Origin: Octopus sinensis
Lineage: Eukaryota
Assembly: GCF_006345805.1 (NCBI RefSeq)
Contig: NC_042997.1
Location: 47,182,001 to 47,246,000, forward strand
DNA length: 64,000 bases
Direction of reading: 5' to 3'
A program made the position numbers and the translations under genes. A model generated the notes under the pieces. The model saw only the letters and a list, made by a program, of their open reading frames with translations, was not told the origin of the DNA and ran no database searches. Positions 56,200 to 64,000 of this stretch are shown here, one piece after another; the stretch's first letter is position 1, and each line of letters opens with the position of its first letter.

Positions 56200-56472
56200 C
56201 AGAGGTTGGACAAAATAATGGAAACACTGTCTCAATATTATTGAACATTTATGGTGCATTTTAGAAAAACAAGTAAGGAGTCGATGTCTTCCACCATCAT
56301 CACTACAAGAGCTGGAGATAGTTTTAGCTGAAGACTGGACAAAACTTCCTTTGGAAACAATACAAACTTTGTAGAATTCAAGCTGTAATTACTGCCAAAG
56401 GCGGTCCTACCCCATATTAAAATAAATTTGTTTAAAATCTTAAGGTGTTTCCATTATTTTGTCCAACCCCTG
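56200..56472 (+). mobile_element. Tc1-derived 273-bp deletion element (MITE-like) with both TIRs and TA TSD
   Basis: TA-CAGAGGTTGGACAAAATAATGGAAACAC..GTGTTTCCATTATTTTGTCCAACCCCTG-TA. The interior encodes LNIIEHLWCILEKQVRSR..AVITAKGGPTPY* (Tc1 C-terminus). Confidence 0.9.
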
Positions 56473-58486
56473 TATATCATACTGGCCACCGCTAACAAGA
56501 TGGAAAATATATTGTTCGTTACAGCAGGAAACGCATAATATAGAAGTAAATTTTTTAAACGAAAAGAAGAAAAATAAACAAAAACAAAACGGAAGTATGT
56601 ATAATTCAAGCCATTTATGTTAACTTCATATTTAATATCTAATGCTGCAATGATAGACAGAAAGGGAGAATTGAAGGAGAAAGTTGATGATCCACCACGG
56701 AAGAAATTTTATTTTTAGGACTGAAGTAAAATTTCTGATGTTGGTATTGCTTGTAAGGAGAGGATTCTGAGGGTGTTTTAGATAAACCACCTTCTTTAAA
56801 ATAAAGATGATACTTGATGGAACCATCGCAAAATAATAGGATAATAATGTTACTAAAATAAAGTGGAAGAAAATAATGTATAATAATAATCTGTTCTGAG
56901 GTCATGGTAGAACAAAAATTGATAATCAAAATTGCAAGCGCAAAGAAAAAAATCACCGTTTGTTAGAATGAGGGGTTGCCGGAATATTGAAGAAAATCGT
57001 TCATTCCATATAAGCTTTTAGGGTTGTGAATTAGCTAATTTAAAAGCGTAATAAAAAATATGCTAGACGAAATAATTGAAGAGATGAACAGCAACAGCAA
57101 TGGGGGAGGGGAAATCAGTTAAAAGATATACAAGAACAAACTGTACAAGTAAAAAAGAAAAGAAAGTATTTGGCGTCGAATGCCAGTATTCAAGTTATTA
57201 AGGTACCATTGAAAGAAAAACGGGGTGGGGGAGGAATAATTGATCGAGGCTCTTATCTGATTAAATAAGATTCGACATTCACTTTACTGAGGCCGATGTG
57301 AAGAATCAGTGGAAGTTCGCCTACCTTTAAACGGTTCACAAGCATACACACATATACACATATATACATGCACAAACACTCAAATATGTATATCTGTGCA
57401 TAGTTTGTGCGTGGGTGTGGGACGTATATGTGTTGACATTATTGAACTAGTTTTGCATAGTACCATTCATATGCATAGATATATATTCAAAATTTCAGAC
57501 TGAATCCATAGGCCAATAAAATGAATGTGTGCGTGTAGATCATAAAACAAGAAAAAACAAGAGCGCACTGAATAAAGAATGTTTCGATGGTCTGTGGAGA
57601 TGATTTAAAATAGTCTTGTAGATTTCGTCTGGTGGCTAGTGGGTTCTGTTTTGTTTGATTCGTCACACGATTTCGTAAGCGTTGAATAGGAACACACTGA
57701 ATCCACGGCTAAAAATTTACTCCACTTAAAATACATATACATTTCACCACAGATTTGTTTCGAATTTTAAGTTGAAATTTAAGCAACGCAAACAACTTTT
57801 TTCTATTTAATGATTCTGGAAAAGTCTTTTAGAGCTGACGATACGATTAAACGGGATAAAATTAAGGTAGAAGGCCATAATTTATTTTAATCTTTTACTC
57901 ATCATTTAGTAATGGTTCCCAGTTTTTCTAGTAAAGGTAAATTTGTACGATTTATTATTAGTCATGTTGCTACTAAAACACATCTTGATCAAACCCGTAA
58001 ATGCCACTGCTGCAACCAAATCCTAAATAGAATGCATGAACCTTGTTAAAAATCATTAATATTCATTAAGAGCCAGAAAATTATTAAAAATAATTAAAAA
58101 ATGTTCAAGCCACTATAAACCAAGATACAGTCGCATTCAAAATGTCTTCAATACATTATTTGATATAAGTATAAAATGTAGGAAATCAATGATATTTTTG
58201 GCTAACACTAATTGAATTATACATGAAAGGGAAATTAATAGCTGCGAAATAAGTAGAAACATTACCATGTCACTCCATTTCCTATCACAGCTACAGGCGA
58301 AAAAATATATAGGCTCTCAGAATATGTTTTGTTTTTGTATTTGTTTTTGTTTTCATTTGTTAAAAAAGAATAAAATGGACATTATAAAGTAAAACGCTGA
58401 AATGTAGCCTAATTTTTTTTATTTCATATGTGAAACGTGGGATTACATATCTACATGAGGATGCACAAGCACACACACACACACAC

Positions 58487-58520
<34 letters not shown>

Positions 58521-58715
58521 ATATATATATATCGCGATGCTTTCAACGAGAACTCTGGGTTCCACGCTAACCAGGACATGAATGATTTAACATTGGCCTA
58601 AGTATGAAAGGGAATGACTGCAAAAACAATATTATCCGAAATTACAACCTGAATGAAGACAGGGATAATTTAATCAATAAAGACAAAGGTGATAGAATTA
58701 ATAATGACAATGATG

Positions 58716-58772
<57 letters not shown>

Positions 58773-59502
58773 GAAAAGTGTGTGAATTATAAAATAGTTA
58801 ATTTGGACGGTCGTCTAATTTATGCTACCGTATATATGAAGTAAAAACCACTATGGAAAATGGGGAAAAATCTTCTGCTTGGCTGTTTCAGTTTTCTAAT
58901 TTTCCATAAGATGAAAAGCGCTGAATTAGTTTTAATGCGGTGATGTAAATTTTGTTTTCTGCTTCATCAAACTTGAAGCCAGCATTAGAAAAAAAAAGAA
59001 GAAAAATAAAACGTAAAACTGCAGCAAAAGAATAACGAGAAGAAATGAAAGAGAAAAAAATGAGGAATATGTAGATTATGTCGATGAAGAAAACTTTATA
59101 TAGCAATATCTGCGCTGAATATTGCATAGGTCTGCAAAATTTGGAATTGGCCTGCAATATCTGCAGCACATGAGCAATTCAATAAGTATTACGTATGTTA
59201 GCTATTCGATAGATAGATCAAAGAGAAACATATATAATGAGAGAAAGAGACAGAGGGAAAGAGAGGGAAAGAGAGAAAAGGAGAGACAGAGAGAGAGAGT
59301 GAGGTGAACATCACGGTTAAATGATAATGTTCATGATGACGAAGTGGTTGCTACTGTTATGGTGACGATAAGGTATGGTCTATCTTTTTTGTGAGTTTTG
59401 GATAAAATTTACGACGAATAAAATCAGGTGAATGAAAAGAAACACACCACTGCTCATCAGAGATAAATTAATGTGATGGATGGCAAATTGAAAGTAACAG
59501 AA

Positions 59503-59506
<4 letters not shown>

Positions 59507-59560
<54 letters not shown>

Positions 59561-59629
59561 ATGGATATATATATACATGTAAATAAATATATGTATATAT
59601 ATATATATATATATATACATATGCTTATT

Positions 59630-59673
<44 letters not shown>

Positions 59674-59685
59674 CATATGCTTATT

Positions 59686-59719
<34 letters not shown>

Positions 59720-59787
59720 AATATGCATATATTATATATATATACATATATTTATTTACATGTATATATATATATACATATATTTTT

Positions 59788-59832
<45 letters not shown>

Positions 59833-59864
59833 GCATATTTATATACATATATATATATATATAT

Positions 59865-59910
<46 letters not shown>

Positions 59911-59932
59911 TATATATATATATATATATATA
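59507..59932. repeat. Imperfect (TA)n tract with internally duplicated CATATGCTTATTTATATAC
   Basis: Seen directly. Confidence 0.92.
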
Positions 59933-60062
59933 GTCACTGCTAGTCACTTCGCGAAGATTTCAATCCTACTGTATTGCAGTCTAATTAAGAGTTTAGTACT
60001 ATGGAATATTGCTCATCAATAACTTGTGAGTGAAATCAATTCAAGGAAATGTGTCTCGTACA

Positions 60063-60098
<36 letters not shown>

Positions 60099-60744
60099 AA
60101 TTCATGTGTCTGTGTCTGTCAGTCTTTCGAATTTCACATCGAATACCATATATTTTTCAACATTTTTCACTCCTTAGATATAATTTAATACAAATATACG
60201 TATATATAAATATACGCTAATGTATGTATGTGATGTGTATCCATGTGTATAAACGCTCTTTGAAATCATGAGTAGTTGCATTGTATGGACTTGATACGTG
60301 GGATAGGCAATTGTGTTTTACCATGACTTTCCTGGAAGTTCAAGCCACATGAATGTATTTAGAGTAAGGCCAAATGCTCGACAAAACCAGTCGCTATATC
60401 TGTTGCTGTAATTCAAGTCACCTTGTTCCTTTTTAACATGTTACACCAGAGAGATTTTATTTCAGGAGGATGTAAAATTGTTCATGTTAGTGGCATTACC
60501 ATCATTTGCACGCTATTTTAATATGCTGGAAATCCAGTAGACTCATTAAAAGAATGTACGTCATTCATATTTTTTGCTTTAATATAATTCTTGCTTTTAA
60601 TAAAGTATTTACTAATAATAAATTGCAATGTCCTGATCACAATTTACAATCTGTTGTAAACCGTTTTATTAACAGATAATATTAATTATATTGACTCACG
60701 AATAAGCACACAAAAATGTATAGCTAAATAAAAAGATAGATAAG

Positions 60745-60812
<68 letters not shown>

Positions 60813-60977
60813 TGAATAGACAAAGAAATAAGTAAATACATAGCTGCACACTTACTCAGACAGACAGATAAGTCGTAAGCACATACGTGACTGTGGGTGT
60901 CTAAATACACTATCGAAGGGATACATTAATGAATGCATTTGAATTTCTCTCTCTCTCTATATATATATATATACATT

Positions 60978-61062
<85 letters not shown>

Positions 61063-61084
61063 TACACACACTCATACATATATA

Positions 61085-61131
61085 CAGTAGAACCTCGGTT
61101 TATGAACGCTTCTGATCACGAATATATCGTG

Positions 61132-61188
<57 letters not shown>

Positions 61189-61236
61189 GCACGATTTATT
61201 CGCAATCAGAGTTGTTCGAAAATCGAGGTACTACTT
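61085..61236. mobile_element. Foldback MITE with Tigger/pogo-like ends and (TA)n centre
   Basis: The left arm CAGTAGAACCTCGG..ATCGTGCTT is an imperfect inverted repeat of AAGCACGAT..TCGAGGTACTACT. Confidence 0.7.
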
Positions 61237-61387
61237 TATGTATAAATATATAATAATCATCATCATTTTGTATATGCAAATTTTTATTCATATACATGTA
61301 TAAATACGTAAACTCAGAAGTATATGCATGGATATATATTCATATAAACACGCGCGTATTAATATAGTCACTTATAATTGTGCATGA

Positions 61388-61427
<40 letters not shown>

Positions 61428-62030
61428 GGGGTGGAGCGAATATATCTACTAACTTATTTCTCTTGTTTAAAAAAAGGATATAAAATCTGGACAGCAATAA
61501 AATAACTTTAAATAGAGACTGAATCGGGAGCATAATCGAACCGGTTGTTGGCGAAAGAACAATGGTAATTTCGATCCTTCAAAGAAACGAAGAAAGTGTT
61601 TATAAATATAGGATAGTCAGTCTCTTATCACTCTAAGACTTCAAAAGCTTAATTTCATTCTTCATTCTGTATTCTGTTTCGCATTTTCTCTCTAATAATC
61701 TGACCATCAAGATAGAATTGTAATATATAGTCAAATTAAACCCCTTTTATTCTCTATTCTGTTTCTGTATTTTGTCTGTCACTATATCTGAAAACCCAGT
61801 TTTGGGTCCTCATCCCCCCCCCCATATATATATATATGTATATGCATGTATATGTGTGCGTATGTATGTTTGTATGTATGCATGTACTGTTATATTGAAG
61901 GACTCATCAGAAAAAATACACTGGTTATGGAAATACTTAGAGAATATAGAACTATATTTGTATTAAATTCTAGAAAATTTCACAAACTGGAGATACAATT
62001 AAATATATGTATGTATGTATGTATGTTCGC

Positions 62031-62093
<63 letters not shown>

Positions 62094-62570
62094 GTCTGTG
62101 TGTGTGTCTGTGTATGTGTGTGTGTTTCTGTGTAATTCTACACAAATACGCATATATCTCCAAAATTGAATTGATATGCATAAGCATTTTGGAACATATC
62201 AATAAATATTGACAGGAATTAATTTATAAAAGAAGTCGATCATACACGACTACATACTATCAACATTGACTACATACTTTAGCACCCGTTAACAGAAGGG
62301 GGTCTGTTGAAAACGCATTATAAATTTGAAAAAATTAAATTGAAAATTTCAATGGAATACTGGTTTATATCTAATTATAAGAATATGAAATATTTCTGCT
62401 ACACAACAACACACATATACAGACATTTCTGTATAGATATGTATGAATATATGCATATATACGTACACACACACACATACACACACATGCACACACACAT
62501 GTATATATACGTATATACATATATATGTGTGTGTGTGTGTGCGCGTGCGTGTATATATATATATATATAT

Positions 62571-62957
62571 GGATGGAAGTACTCCGTCGGTTACGACGAT
62601 GAGGGTTCCAGTTGATCCGAATCAACGGAACAGCCTGCTCGTGAAATTAACGTGTAAGTGGCTGAGCACTCCACAGACACGTGCACCCTAACGTAATTCT
62701 CGGGGTTATTCAGCGTGACACAGAGAGGGACAAGGCCAGCCCCTTGAAATACAGGTACAACAGAAACAGGAAGTAAGAGTGAGAGAAAGTTGTGGTGAAA
62801 GAGTACAGCAGGGATCACTACCACCCCCTGCCGGAGCCTCGTGGAGCCTTTAGGTGCTTTCGCTCAATAAACACTCACAACGCCCGGTCTGGGAATCGAA
62901 ACCGCGATCCTATGACCGCGAGTCCGTTGCTCTAACCAGTGGGCCATTGCGCCTCCA
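62571..62957 (-). mobile_element. Family C SINE, near full length
   Basis: Reverse complement of the 42541 family, without the deletions seen in that copy. Confidence 0.9.
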
Positions 62958-63049
62958 TATATATTTACACACATAATTTAATGATGGAAATGGGATAAAC
63001 GATATTCATGTGATATTCGCTGCATTTGTTGTTTTGGAACATTTTTCTA

Positions 63050-63800
63050 CTCATAGTATATTGATCAGATGTGTAATCCTTAACATCCATTTCCCATCCA
63101 AGGTGTAAAATGCACCTCCTCGGGTTTGTTTAAATATTTCAATCGTAAGATTCTACTGTCATTTCCAAAGGTGAGCTTGACGTAGCCGGGTCAGTTGCTG
63201 CACCATCTTTTGTATAATGATCAAAAGACTTTTTTATACAACTGCTGCCTTTTAACATCTGGTTAAAGCTGGTTGTTTAAAGTAGCACGCACTAGATCTG
63301 CATTTCGTCTTATAGAAGCAGACAGTGTGTGATTTCTTTTCTTTCTTGTGCCATGCTTCTCTTTGTGCTCCTTCTGGTTGAGGCCCACTCACTTTTGCCA
63401 AAGTCTGAGATATGCAAACTCCAGTTGCGAGCATTGTGTCCATTGCAGGTAAAATCGGCATATTTCCACTTTTGCACCTCTTATACACATTTTGGAAAAT
63501 CCGTTTTTCTCCAACATTTGTTTTATCTTTTTTTTTTTTCTGGAAGTTTCACTACAAAGTCCATACTAGAGCAGCCCGAGGTGTTTATCTTGGAAACATT
63601 ACTTTTCGTTTATTCACTTTATTTTTCTTACACTCTTTCTCCCTGATCTTGTTTTTCTCTTTTTCAGCCCTCTCCCCTCTCTGTATGCCTTCAGTGGTGG
63701 AAGAAAGGCGCGTATCATTGGTGTACTCTTGCATATCAGGCTATTCGGTCATGACTTTCGCTATGATATTTTGAAGGTATACGGACACAGGGACATCTTC
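63050..63800 (-). pseudogene. Unassigned decayed transposon-like coding remnant
   Basis: Protein-like minus-strand segments (charged EKEKNKIREKECKKNK; IKQMLEKNGFSKMCIRGAKVEICRFYLQW; IRRNADLVRATL) broken by stops and frameshifts. Confidence 0.3.
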
Positions 63801-63900
63801 TTTTCCGTTTCACACTCTATCTTTGCAATTATTTTCCAGTCGCTTCATACCAACATACATACATACATACATATATACATACATGCATGCATGCATACAT

Positions 63901-63942
<42 letters not shown>

Positions 63943-64000
63943 TATATATATGTATATGTATATGTGTGTGTTTGTGTGCGTATATGTGTGTGTGAAATCA

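Noticed and set aside
54250-61600. Other acceptor-led short minus-strand frames (near 54.3, 55.6, 56.8, 57.3, 57.7, 59.0 and 61.6 kb)
   Set aside because: No consistent phase, no recognisable domain, and lengths are compatible with chance in AT-rich DNA.

Overview
AT-rich eukaryotic DNA that is almost entirely non-coding and dense in microsatellites. The SINE repertoire and the (TA)n/(GATA)n/(AAT)n load look like an octopod cephalopod; this is recalled similarity, not a database check. I recognise no intact protein-coding gene, and nearly all ORF-track entries are translated microsatellites. The window is a patchwork of three tRNA-derived SINE families, decayed LINE fragments (L1/Tx1-type ORF1, CRE-type C-terminus, RTE-type RT), Tc1/mariner deletion derivatives, MITEs and Penelope-like (PLE) debris. 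The best signal is three sequence-unrelated type I hammerhead ribozyme (HHR) motifs at 15124-15158 (+), 48759-48806 (-) and 53441-53546 (+). One sits in the tail of a tRNA-headed SINE-like element that has a partial inverted tail copy at its 5' end and a 12-bp target-site duplication around the whole unit, which suggests a non-autonomous, ribozyme-bearing retroelement mobilised by PLE machinery. There is also one plausible minus-strand terminal exon encoding an FxNPxY motif (29662-29761), weaker minus-strand splice signals, and several microsatellite-bounded duplications or inversions that may be assembly artefacts.
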